Source of the DNA: Naegleria gruberi
Taxonomy: Eukaryota
Assembly (NCBI GenBank): GCA_000004985.1
Contig: GG738866.1
DNA length: 64,000 bases
Reading direction: 5' to 3' (one strand)
The notes below the pieces were generated by a model. The model made no database searches and was not told where the DNA came from. It worked only from the letters and a program-made list of their open reading frames with translations. Positions 1 through 12,000 of this stretch are shown here, one piece after another. Position 1 is the first letter of the stretch. The number at the start of each line of letters is the position of its first letter. The position numbers and the translations under genes are program-made.

Positions 1-3000
1 NNNNNNNNNNNNNNNNNNNNNNNNNNNNNNNNNNNNNNNNNNNNNNNNNNNNNNNNNNNNNNNNNNNNNNNNNNNNNNNNNNNNNNNNNNNNNNNNNNNN
101 NNNNNNNNNNNNNNNNNNNNNNNNNNNNNNNNNNNNNNNNNNNNNNNNNNNNNNNNNNNNNNNNNNNNNNNNNNNNNNNNNNNNNNNNNNNNNNNNNNNN
201 NNNNNNNNNNNNNNNNNNNNNNNNNNNNNNNNNNNNNNNNNNNNNNNNNNNNNNNNNNNNNNNNNNNNNNNNNNNNNNNNNNNNNNNNNNNNNNNNNNNN
301 NNNNNNNNNNNNNNNNNNNNNNNNNNNNNNNNNNNNNNNNNNNNNNNNNNNNNNNNNNNNNNNNNNNNNNNNNNNNNNNNNNNNNNNNNNNNNNNNNNNN
401 NNNNNNNNNNNNNNNNNNNNNNNNNNNNNNNNNNNNNNNNNNNNNNNNNNNNNNNNNNNNNNNNNNNNNNNNNNNNNNNNNNNNNNNNNNNNNNNNNNNN
501 NNNNNNNNNNNNNNNNNNNNNNNNNNNNNNNNNNNNNNNNNNNNNNNNNNNNNNNNNNNNNNNNNNNNNNNNNNNNNNNNNNNNNNNNNNNNNNNNNNNN
601 NNNNNNNNNNNNNNNNNNNNNNNNNNNNNNNNNNNNNNNNNNNNNNNNNNNNNNNNNNNNNNNNNNNNNNNNNNNNNNNNNNNNNNNNNNNNNNNNNNNN
701 NNNNNNNNNNNNNNNNNNNNNNNNNNNNNNNNNNNNNNNNNNNNNNNNNNNNNNNNNNNNNNNNNNNNNNNNNNNNNNNNNNNNNNNNNNNNNNNNNNNN
801 NNNNNNNNNNNNNNNNNNNNNNNNNNNNNNNNNNNNNNNNNNNNNNNNNNNNNNNNNNNNNNNNNNNNNNNNNNNNNNNNNNNNNNNNNNNNNNNNNNNN
901 NNNNNNNNNNNNNNNNNNNNNNNNNNNNNNNNNNNNNNNNNNNNNNNNNNNNNNNNNNNNNNNNNNNNNNNNNNNNNNNNNNNNNNNNNNNNNNNNNNNN
1001 NNNNNNNNNNNNNNNNNNNNNNNNNNNNNNNNNNNNNNNNNNNNNNNNNNNNNNNNNNNNNNNNNNNNNNNNNNNNNNNNNNNNNNNNNNNNNNNNNNNN
1101 NNNNNNNNNNNNNNNNNNNNNNNNNNNNNNNNNNNNNNNNNNNNNNNNNNNNNNNNNNNNNNNNNNNNNNNNNNNNNNNNNNNNNNNNNNNNNNNNNNNN
1201 NNNNNNNNNNNNNNNNNNNNNNNNNNNNNNNNNNNNNNNNNNNNNNNNNNNNNNNNNNNNNNNNNNNNNNNNNNNNNNNNNNNNNNNNNNNNNNNNNNNN
1301 NNNNNNNNNNNNNNNNNNNNNNNNNNNNNNNNNNNNNNNNNNNNNNNNNNNNNNNNNNNNNNNNNNNNNNNNNNNNNNNNNNNNNNNNNNNNNNNNNNNN
1401 NNNNNNNNNNNNNNNNNNNNNNNNNNNNNNNNNNNNNNNNNNNNNNNNNNNNNNNNNNNNNNNNNNNNNNNNNNNNNNNNNNNNNNNNNNNNNNNNNNNN
1501 NNNNNNNNNNNNNNNNNNNNNNNNNNNNNNNNNNNNNNNNNNNNNNNNNNNNNNNNNNNNNNNNNNNNNNNNNNNNNNNNNNNNNNNNNNNNNNNNNNNN
1601 NNNNNNNNNNNNNNNNNNNNNNNNNNNNNNNNNNNNNNNNNNNNNNNNNNNNNNNNNNNNNNNNNNNNNNNNNNNNNNNNNNNNNNNNNNNNNNNNNNNN
1701 NNNNNNNNNNNNNNNNNNNNNNNNNNNNNNNNNNNNNNNNNNNNNNNNNNNNNNNNNNNNNNNNNNNNNNNNNNNNNNNNNNNNNNNNNNNNNNNNNNNN
1801 NNNNNNNNNNNNNNNNNNNNNNNNNNNNNNNNNNNNNNNNNNNNNNNNNNNNNNNNNNNNNNNNNNNNNNNNNNNNNNNNNNNNNNNNNNNNNNNNNNNN
1901 NNNNNNNNNNNNNNNNNNNNNNNNNNNNNNNNNNNNNNNNNNNNNNNNNNNNNNNNNNNNNNNNNNNNNNNNNNNNNNNNNNNNNNNNNNNNNNNNNNNN
2001 NNNNNNNNNNNNNNNNNNNNNNNNNNNNNNNNNNNNNNNNNNNNNNNNNNNNNNNNNNNNNNNNNNNNNNNNNNNNNNNNNNNNNNNNNNNNNNNNNNNN
2101 NNNNNNNNNNNNNNNNNNNNNNNNNNNNNNNNNNNNNNNNNNNNNNNNNNNNNNNNNNNNNNNNNNNNNNNNNNNNNNNNNNNNNNNNNNNNNNNNNNNN
2201 NNNNNNNNNNNNNNNNNNNNNNNNNNNNNNNNNNNNNNNNNNNNNNNNNNNNNNNNNNNNNNNNNNNNNNNNNNNNNNNNNNNNNNNNNNNNNNNNNNNN
2301 NNNNNNNNNNNNNNNNNNNNNNNNNNNNNNNNNNNNNNNNNNNNNNNNNNNNNNNNNNNNNNNNNNNNNNNNNNNNNNNNNNNNNNNNNNNNNNNNNNNN
2401 NNNNNNNNNNNNNNNNNNNNNNNNNNNNNNNNNNNNNNNNNNNNNNNNNNNNNNNNNNNNNNNNNNNNNNNNNNNNNNNNNNNNNNNNNNNNNNNNNNNN
2501 NNNNNNNNNNNNNNNNNNNNNNNNNNNNNNNNNNNNNNNNNNNNNNNNNNNNNNNNNNNNNNNNNNNNNNNNNNNNNNNNNNNNNNNNNNNNNNNNNNNN
2601 NNNNNNNNNNNNNNNNNNNNNNNNNNNNNNNNNNNNNNNNNNNNNNNNNNNNNNNNNNNNNNNNNNNNNNNNNNNNNNNNNNNNNNNNNNNNNNNNNNNN
2701 NNNNNNNNNNNNNNNNNNNNNNNNNNNNNNNNNNNNNNNNNNNNNNNNNNNNNNNNNNNNNNNNNNNNNNNNNNNNNNNNNNNNNNNNNNNNNNNNNNNN
2801 NNNNNNNNNNNNNNNNNNNNNNNNNNNNNNNNNNNNNNNNNNNNNNNNNNNNNNNNNNNNNNNNNNNNNNNNNNNNNNNNNNNNNNNNNNNNNNNNNNNN
2901 NNNNNNNNNNNNNNNNNNNNNNNNNNNNNNNNNNNNNNNNNNNNNNNNNNNNNNNNNNNNNNNNNNNNNNNNNNNNNNNNNNNNNNNNNNNNNNNNNNNN

Positions 3001-6000
3001 NNNNNNNNNNNNNNNNNNNNNNNNNNNNNNNNNNNNNNNNNNNNNNNNNNNNNNNNNNNNNNNNNNNNNNNNNNNNNNNNNNNNNNNNNNNNNNNNNNNN
3101 NNNNNNNNNNNNNNNNNNNNNNNNNNNNNNNNNNNNNNNNNNNNNNNNNNNNNNNNNNNNNNNNNNNNNNNNNNNNNNNNNNNNNNNNNNNNNNNNNNNN
3201 NNNNNNNNNNNNNNNNNNNNNNNNNNNNNNNNNNNNNNNNNNNNNNNNNNNNNNNNNNNNNNNNNNNNNNNNNNNNNNNNNNNNNNNNNNNNNNNNNNNN
3301 NNNNNNNNNNNNNNNNNNNNNNNNNNNNNNNNNNNNNNNNNNNNNNNNNNNNNNNNNNNNNNNNNNNNNNNNNNNNNNNNNNNNNNNNNNNNNNNNNNNN
3401 NNNNNNNNNNNNNNNNNNNNNNNNNNNNNNNNNNNNNNNNNNNNNNNNNNNNNNNNNNNNNNNNNNNNNNNNNNNNNNNNNNNNNNNNNNNNNNNNNNNN
3501 NNNNNNNNNNNNNNNNNNNNNNNNNNNNNNNNNNNNNNNNNNNNNNNNNNNNNNNNNNNNNNNNNNNNNNNNNNNNNNNNNNNNNNNNNNNNNNNNNNNN
3601 NNNNNNNNNNNNNNNNNNNNNNNNNNNNNNNNNNNNNNNNNNNNNNNNNNNNNNNNNNNNNNNNNNNNNNNNNNNNNNNNNNNNNNNNNNNNNNNNNNNN
3701 NNNNNNNNNNNNNNNNNNNNNNNNNNNNNNNNNNNNNNNNNNNNNNNNNNNNNNNNNNNNNNNNNNNNNNNNNNNNNNNNNNNNNNNNNNNNNNNNNNNN
3801 NNNNNNNNNNNNNNNNNNNNNNNNNNNNNNNNNNNNNNNNNNNNNNNNNNNNNNNNNNNNNNNNNNNNNNNNNNNNNNNNNNNNNNNNNNNNNNNNNNNN
3901 NNNNNNNNNNNNNNNNNNNNNNNNNNNNNNNNNNNNNNNNNNNNNNNNNNNNNNNNNNNNNNNNNNNNNNNNNNNNNNNNNNNNNNNNNNNNNNNNNNNN
4001 NNNNNNNNNNNNNNNNNNNNNNNNNNNNNNNNNNNNNNNNNNNNNNNNNNNNNNNNNNNNNNNNNNNNNNNNNNNNNNNNNNNNNNNNNNNNNNNNNNNN
4101 NNNNNNNNNNNNNNNNNNNNNNNNNNNNNNNNNNNNNNNNNNNNNNNNNNNNNNNNNNNNNNNNNNNNNNNNNNNNNNNNNNNNNNNNNNNNNNNNNNNN
4201 NNNNNNNNNNNNNNNNNNNNNNNNNNNNNNNNNNNNNNNNNNNNNNNNNNNNNNNNNNNNNNNNNNNNNNNNNNNNNNNNNNNNNNNNNNNNNNNNNNNN
4301 NNNNNNNNNNNNNNNNNNNNNNNNNNNNNNNNNNNNNNNNNNNNNNNNNNNNNNNNNNNNNNNNNNNNNNNNNNNNNNNNNNNNNNNNNNNNNNNNNNNN
4401 NNNNNNNNNNNNNNNNNNNNNNNNNNNNNNNNNNNNNNNNNNNNNNNNNNNNNNNNNNNNNNNNNNNNNNNNNNNNNNNNNNNNNNNNNNNNNNNNNNNN
4501 NNNNNNNNNNNNNNNNNNNNNNNNNNNNNNNNNNNNNNNNNNNNNNNNNNNNNNNNNNNNNNNNNNNNNNNNNNNNNNNNNNNNNNNNNNNNNNNNNNNN
4601 NNNNNNNNNNNNNNNNNNNNNNNNNNNNNNNNNNNNNNNNNNNNNNNNNNNNNNNNNNNNNNNNNNNNNNNNNNNNNNNNNNNNNNNNNNNNNNNNNNNN
4701 NNNNNNNNNNNNNNNNNNNNNNNNNNNNNNNNNNNNNNNNNNNNNNNNNNNNNNNNNNNNNNNNNNNNNNNNNNNNNNNNNNNNNNNNNNNNNNNNNNNN
4801 NNNNNNNNNNNNNNNNNNNNNNNNNNNNNNNNNNNNNNNNNNNNNNNNNNNNNNNNNNNNNNNNNNNNNNNNNNNNNNNNNNNNNNNNNNNNNNNNNNNN
4901 NNNNNNNNNNNNNNNNNNNNNNNNNNNNNNNNNNNNNNNNNNNNNNNNNNNNNNNNNNNNNNNNNNNNNNNNNNNNNNNNNNNNNNNNNNNNNNNNNNNN
5001 NNNNNNNNNNNNNNNNNNNNNNNNNNNNNNNNNNNNNNNNNNNNNNNNNNNNNNNNNNNNNNNNNNNNNNNNNNNNNNNNNNNNNNNNNNNNNNNNNNNN
5101 NNNNNNNNNNNNNNNNNNNNNNNNNNNNNNNNNNNNNNNNNNNNNNNNNNNNNNNNNNNNNNNNNNNNNNNNNNNNNNNNNNNNNNNNNNNNNNNNNNNN
5201 NNNNNNNNNNNNNNNNNNNNNNNNNNNNNNNNNNNNNNNNNNNNNNNNNNNNNNNNNNNNNNNNNNNNNNNNNNNNNNNNNNNNNNNNNNNNNNNNNNNN
5301 NNNNNNNNNNNNNNNNNNNNNNNNNNNNNNNNNNNNNNNNNNNNNNNNNNNNNNNNNNNNNNNNNNNNNNNNNNNNNNNNNNNNNNNNNNNNNNNNNNNN
5401 NNNNNNNNNNNNNNNNNNNNNNNNNNNNNNNNNNNNNNNNNNNNNNNNNNNNNNNNNNNNNNNNNNNNNNNNNNNNNNNNNNNNNNNNNNNNNNNNNNNN
5501 NNNNNNNNNNNNNNNNNNNNNNNNNNNNNNNNNNNNNNNNNNNNNNNNNNNNNNNNNNNNNNNNNNNNNNNNNNNNNNNNNNNNNNNNNNNNNNNNNNNN
5601 NNNNNNNNNNNNNNNNNNNNNNNNNNNNNNNNNNNNNNNNNNNNNNNNNNNNNNNNNNNNNNNNNNNNNNNNNNNNNNNNNNNNNNNNNNNNNNNNNNNN
5701 NNNNNNNNNNNNNNNNNNNNNNNNNNNNNNNNNNNNNNNNNNNNNNNNNNNNNNNNNNNNNNNNNNNNNNNNNNNNNNNNNNNNNNNNNNNNNNNNNNNN
5801 NNNNNNNNNNNNNNNNNNNNNNNNNNNNNNNNNNNNNNNNNNNNNNNNNNNNNNNNNNNNNNNNNNNNNNNNNNNNNNNNNNNNNNNNNNNNNNNNNNNN
5901 NNNNNNNNNNNNNNNNNNNNNNNNNNNNNNNNNNNNNNNNNNNNNNNNNNNNNNNNNNNNNNNNNNNNNNNNNNNNNNNNNNNNNNNNNNNNNNNNNNNN

Positions 6001-9000
6001 NNNNNNNNNNNNNNNNNNNNNNNNNNNNNNNNNNNNNNNNNNNNNNNNNNNNNNNNNNNNNNNNNNNNNNNNNNNNNNNNNNNNNNNNNNNNNNNNNNNN
6101 NNNNNNNNNNNNNNNNNNNNNNNNNNNNNNNNNNNNNNNNNNNNNNNNNNNNNNNNNNNNNNNNNNNNNNNNNNNNNNNNNNNNNNNNNNNNNNNNNNNN
6201 NNNNNNNNNNNNNNNNNNNNNNNNNNNNNNNNNNNNNNNNNNNNNNNNNNNNNNNNNNNNNNNNNNNNNNNNNNNNNNNNNNNNNNNNNNNNNNNNNNNN
6301 NNNNNNNNNNNNNNNNNNNNNNNNNNNNNNNNNNNNNNNNNNNNNNNNNNNNNNNNNNNNNNNNNNNNNNNNNNNNNNNNNNNNNNNNNNNNNNNNNNNN
6401 NNNNNNNNNNNNNNNNNNNNNNNNNNNNNNNNNNNNNNNNNNNNNNNNNNNNNNNNNNNNNNNNNNNNNNNNNNNNNNNNNNNNNNNNNNNNNNNNNNNN
6501 NNNNNNNNNNNNNNNNNNNNNNNNNNNNNNNNNNNNNNNNNNNNNNNNNNNNNNNNNNNNNNNNNNNNNNNNNNNNNNNNNNNNNNNNNNNNNNNNNNNN
6601 NNNNNNNNNNNNNNNNNNNNNNNNNNNNNNNNNNNNNNNNNNNNNNNNNNNNNNNNNNNNNNNNNNNNNNNNNNNNNNNNNNNNNNNNNNNNNNNNNNNN
6701 NNNNNNNNNNNNNNNNNNNNNNNNNNNNNNNNNNNNNNNNNNNNNNNNNNNNNNNNNNNNNNNNNNNNNNNNNNNNNNNNNNNNNNNNNNNNNNNNNNNN
6801 NNNNNNNNNNNNNNNNNNNNNNNNNNNNNNNNNNNNNNNNNNNNNNNNNNNNNNNNNNNNNNNNNNNNNNNNNNNNNNNNNNNNNNNNNNNNNNNNNNNN
6901 NNNNNNNNNNNNNNNNNNNNNNNNNNNNNNNNNNNNNNNNNNNNNNNNNNNNNNNNNNNNNNNNNNNNNNNNNNNNNNNNNNNNNNNNNNNNNNNNNNNN
7001 NNNNNNNNNNNNNNNNNNNNNNNNNNNNNNNNNNNNNNNNNNNNNNNNNNNNNNNNNNNNNNNNNNNNNNNNNNNNNNNNNNNNNNNNNNNNNNNNNNNN
7101 NNNNNNNNNNNNNNNNNNNNNNNNNNNNNNNNNNNNNNNNNNNNNNNNNNNNNNNNNNNNNNNNNNNNNNNNNNNNNNNNNNNNNNNNNNNNNNNNNNNN
7201 NNNNNNNNNNNNNNNNNNNNNNNNNNNNNNNNNNNNNNNNNNNNNNNNNNNNNNNNNNNNNNNNNNNNNNNNNNNNNNNNNNNNNNNNNNNNNNNNNNNN
7301 NNNNNNNNNNNNNNNNNNNNNNNNNNNNNNNNNNNNNNNNNNNNNNNNNNNNNNNNNNNNNNNNNNNNNNNNNNNNNNNNNNNNNNNNNNNNNNNNNNNN
7401 NNNNNNNNNNNNNNNNNNNNNNNNNNNNNNNNNNNNNNNNNNNNNNNNNNNNNNNNNNNNNNNNNNNNNNNNNNNNNNNNNNNNNNNNNNNNNNNNNNNN
7501 NNNNNNNNNNNNNNNNNNNNNNNNNNNNNNNNNNNNNNNNNNNNNNNNNNNNNNNNNNNNNNNNNNNNNNNNNNNNNNNNNNNNNNNNNNNNNNNNNNNN
7601 NNNNNNNNNNNNNNNNNNNNNNNNNNNNNNNNNNNNNNNNNNNNNNNNNNNNNNNNNNNNNNNNNNNNNNNNNNNNNNNNNNNNNNNNNNNNNNNNNNNN
7701 NNNNNNNNNNNNNNNNNNNNNNNNNNNNNNNNNNNNNNNNNNNNNNNNNNNNNNNNNNNNNNNNNNNNNNNNNNNNNNNNNNNNNNNNNNNNNNNNNNNN
7801 NNNNNNNNNNNNNNNNNNNNNNNNNNNNNNNNNNNNNNNNNNNNNNNNNNNNNNNNNNNNNNNNNNNNNNNNNNNNNNNNNNNNNNNNNNNNNNNNNNNN
7901 NNNNNNNNNNNNNNNNNNNNNNNNNNNNNNNNNNNNNNNNNNNNNNNNNNNNNNNNNNNNNNNNNNNNNNNNNNNNNNNNNNNNNNNNNNNNNNNNNNNN
8001 NNNNNNNNNNNNNNNNNNNNNNNNNNNNNNNNNNNNNNNNNNNNNNNNNNNNNNNNNNNNNNNNNNNNNNNNNNNNNNNNNNNNNNNNNNNNNNNNNNNN
8101 NNNNNNNNNNNNNNNNNNNNNNNNNNNNNNNNNNNNNNNNNNNNNNNNNNNNNNNNNNNNNNNNNNNNNNNNNNNNNNNNNNNNNNNNNNNNNNNNNNNN
8201 NNNNNNNNNNNNNNNNNNNNNNNNNNNNNNNNNNNNNNNNNNNNNNNNNNNNNNNNNNNNNNNNNNNNNNNNNNNNNNNNNNNNNNNNNNNNNNNNNNNN
8301 NNNNNNNNNNNNNNNNNNNNNNNNNNNNNNNNNNNNNNNNNNNNNNNNNNNNNNNNNNNNNNNNNNNNNNNNNNNNNNNNNNNNNNNNNNNNNNNNNNNN
8401 NNNNNNNNNNNNNNNNNNNNNNNNNNNNNNNNNNNNNNNNNNNNNNNNNNNNNNNNNNNNNNNNNNNNNNNNNNNNNNNNNNNNNNNNNNNNNNNNNNNN
8501 NNNNNNNNNNNNNNNNNNNNNNNNNNNNNNNNNNNNNNNNNNNNNNNNNNNNNNNNNNNNNNNNNNNNNNNNNNNNNNNNNNNNNNNNNNNNNNNNNNNN
8601 NNNNNNNNNNNNNNNNNNNNNNNNNNNNNNNNNNNNNNNNNNNNNNNNNNNNNNNNNNNNNNNNNNNNNNNNNNNNNNNNNNNNNNNNNNNNNNNNNNNN
8701 NNNNNNNNNNNNNNNNNNNNNNNNNNNNNNNNNNNNNNNNNNNNNNNNNNNNNNNNNNNNNNNNNNNNNNNNNNNNNNNNNNNNNNNNNNNNNNNNNNNN
8801 NNNNNNNNNNNNNNNNNNNNNNNNNNNNNNNNNNNNNNNNNNNNNNNNNNNNNNNNNNNNNNNNNNNNNNNNNNNNNNNNNNNNNNNNNNNNNNNNNNNN
8901 NNNNNNNNNNNNNNNNNNNNNNNNNNNNNNNNNNNNNNNNNNNNNNNNNNNNNNNNNNNNNNNNNNNNNNNNNNNNNNNNNNNNNNNNNNNNNNNNNNNN

Positions 9001-12000
9001 NNNNNNNNNNNNNNNNNNNNNNNNNNNNNNNNNNNNNNNNNNNNNNNNNNNNNNNNNNNNNNNNNNNNNNNNNNNNNNNNNNNNNNNNNNNNNNNNNNNN
9101 NNNNNNNNNNNNNNNNNNNNNNNNNNNNNNNNNNNNNNNNNNNNNNNNNNNNNNNNNNNNNNNNNNNNNNNNNNNNNNNNNNNNNNNNNNNNNNNNNNNN
9201 NNNNNNNNNNNNNNNNNNNNNNNNNNNNNNNNNNNNNNNNNNNNNNNNNNNNNNNNNNNNNNNNNNNNNNNNNNNNNNNNNNNNNNNNNNNNNNNNNNNN
9301 NNNNNNNNNNNNNNNNNNNNNNNNNNNNNNNNNNNNNNNNNNNNNNNNNNNNNNNNNNNNNNNNNNNNNNNNNNNNNNNNNNNNNNNNNNNNNNNNNNNN
9401 NNNNNNNNNNNNNNNNNNNNNNNNNNNNNNNNNNNNNNNNNNNNNNNNNNNNNNNNNNNNNNNNNNNNNNNNNNNNNNNNNNNNNNNNNNNNNNNNNNNN
9501 NNNNNNNNNNNNNNNNNNNNNNNNNNNNNNNNNNNNNNNNNNNNNNNNNNNNNNNNNNNNNNNNNNNNNNNNNNNNNNNNNNNNNNNNNNNNNNNNNNNN
9601 NNNNNNNNNNNNNNNNNNNNNNNNNNNNNNNNNNNNNNNNNNNNNNNNNNNNNNNNNNNNNNNNNNNNNNNNNNNNNNNNNNNNNNNNNNNNNNNNNNNN
9701 NNNNNNNNNNNNNNNNNNNNNNNNNNNNNNNNNNNNNNNNNNNNNNNNNNNNNNNNNNNNNNNNNNNNNNNNNNNNNNNNNNNNNNNNNNNNNNNNNNNN
9801 NNNNNNNNNNNNNNNNNNNNNNNNNNNNNNNNNNNNNNNNNNNNNNNNNNNNNNNNNNNNNNNNNNNNNNNNNNNNNNNNNNNNNNNNNNNNNNNNNNNN
9901 NNNNNNNNNNNNNNNNNNNNNNNNNNNNNNNNNNNNNNNNNNNNNNNNNNNNNNNNNNNNNNNNNNNNNNNNNNNNNNNNNNNNNNNNNNNNNNNNNNNN
10001 NNNNNNNNNNNNNNNNNNNNNNNNNNNNNNNNNNNNNNNNNNNNNNNNNNNNNNNNNNNNNNNNNNNNNNNNNNNNNNNNNNNNNNNNNNNNNNNNNNNN
10101 NNNNNNNNNNNNNNNNNNNNNNNNNNNNNNNNNNNNNNNNNNNNNNNNNNNNNNNNNNNNNNNNNNNNNNNNNNNNNNNNNNNNNNNNNNNNNNNNNNNN
10201 NNNNNNNNNNNNNNNNNNNNNNNNNNNNNNNNNNNNNNNNNNNNNNNNNNNNNNNNNNNNNNNNNNNNNNNNNNNNNNNNNNNNNNNNNNNNNNNNNNNN
10301 NNNNNNNNNNNNNNNNNNNNNNNNNNNNNNNNNNNNNNNNNNNNNNNNNNNNNNNNNNNNNNNNNNNNNNNNNNNNNNNNNNNNNNNNNNNNNNNNNNNN
10401 NNNNNNNNNNNNNNNNNNNNNNNNNNNNNNNNNNNNNNNNNNNNNNNNNNNNNNNNNNNNNNNNNNNNNNNNNNNNNNNNNNNNNNNNNNNNNNNNNNNN
10501 NNNNNNNNNNNNNNNNNNNNNNNNNNNNNNNNNNNNNNNNNNNNNNNNNNNNNNNNNNNNNNNNNNNNNNNNNNNNNNNNNNNNNNNNNNNNNNNNNNNN
10601 NNNNNNNNNNNNNNNNNNNNNNNNNNNNNNNNNNNNNNNNNNNNNNNNNNNNNNNNNNNNNNNNNNNNNNNNNNNNNNNNNNNNNNNNNNNNNNNNNNNN
10701 NNNNNNNNNNNNNNNNNNNNNNNNNNNNNNNNNNNNNNNNNNNNNNNNNNNNNNNNNNNNNNNNNNNNNNNNNNNNNNNNNNNNNNNNNNNNNNNNNNNN
10801 NNNNNNNNNNNNNNNNNNNNNNNNNNNNNNNNNNNNNNNNNNNNNNNNNNNNNNNNNNNNNNNNNNNNNNNNNNNNNNNNNNNNNNNNNNNNNNNNNNNN
10901 NNNNNNNNNNNNNNNNNNNNNNNNNNNNNNNNNNNNNNNNNNNNNNNNNNNNNNNNNNNNNNNNNNNNNNNNNNNNNNNNNNNNNNNNNNNNNNNNNNNN
11001 NNNNNNNNNNNNNNNNNNNNNNNNNNNNNNNNNNNNNNNNNNNNNNNNNNNNNNNNNNNNNNNNNNNNNNNNNNNNNNNNNNNNNNNNNNNNNNNNNNNN
11101 NNNNNNNNNNNNNNNNNNNNNNNNNNNNNNNNNNNNNNNNNNNNNNNNNNNNNNNNNNNNNNNNNNNNNNNNNNNNNNNNNNNNNNNNNNNNNNNNNNNN
11201 NNNNNNNNNNNNNNNNNNNNNNNNNNNNNNNNNNNNNNNNNNNNNNNNNNNNNNNNNNNNNNNNNNNNNNNNNNNNNNNNNNNNNNNNNNNNNNNNNNNN
11301 NNNNNNNNNNNNNNNNNNNNNNNNNNNNNNNNNNNNNNNNNNNNNNNNNNNNNNNNNNNNNNNNNNNNNNNNNNNNNNNNNNNNNNNNNNNNNNNNNNNN
11401 NNNNNNNNNNNNNNNNNNNNNNNNNNNNNNNNNNNNNNNNNNNNNNNNNNNNNNNNNNNNNNNNNNNNNNNNNNNNNNNNNNNNNNNNNNNNNNNNNNNN
11501 NNNNNNNNNNNNNNNNNNNNNNNNNNNNNNNNNNNNNNNNNNNNNNNNNNNNNNNNNNNNNNNNNNNNNNNNNNNNNNNNNNNNNNNNNNNNNNNNNNNN
11601 NNNNNNNNNNNNNNNNNNNNNNNNNNNNNNNNNNNNNNNNNNNNNNNNNNNNNNNNNNNNNNNNNNNNNNNNNNNNNNNNNNNNNNNNNNNNNNNNNNNN
11701 NNNNNNNNNNNNNNNNNNNNNNNNNNNNNNNNNNNNNNNNNNNNNNNNNNNNNNNNNNNNNNNNNNNNNNNNNNNNNNNNNNNNNNNNNNNNNNNNNNNN
11801 NNNNNNNNNNNNNNNNNNNNNNNNNNNNNNNNNNNNNNNNNNNNNNNNNNNNNNNNNNNNNNNNNNNNNNNNNNNNNNNNNNNNNNNNNNNNNNNNNNNN
11901 NNNNNNNNNNNNNNNNNNNNNNNNNNNNNNNNNNNNNNNNNNNNNNNNNNNNNNNNNNNNNNNNNNNNNNNNNNNNNNNNNNNNNNNNNNNNNNNNNNNN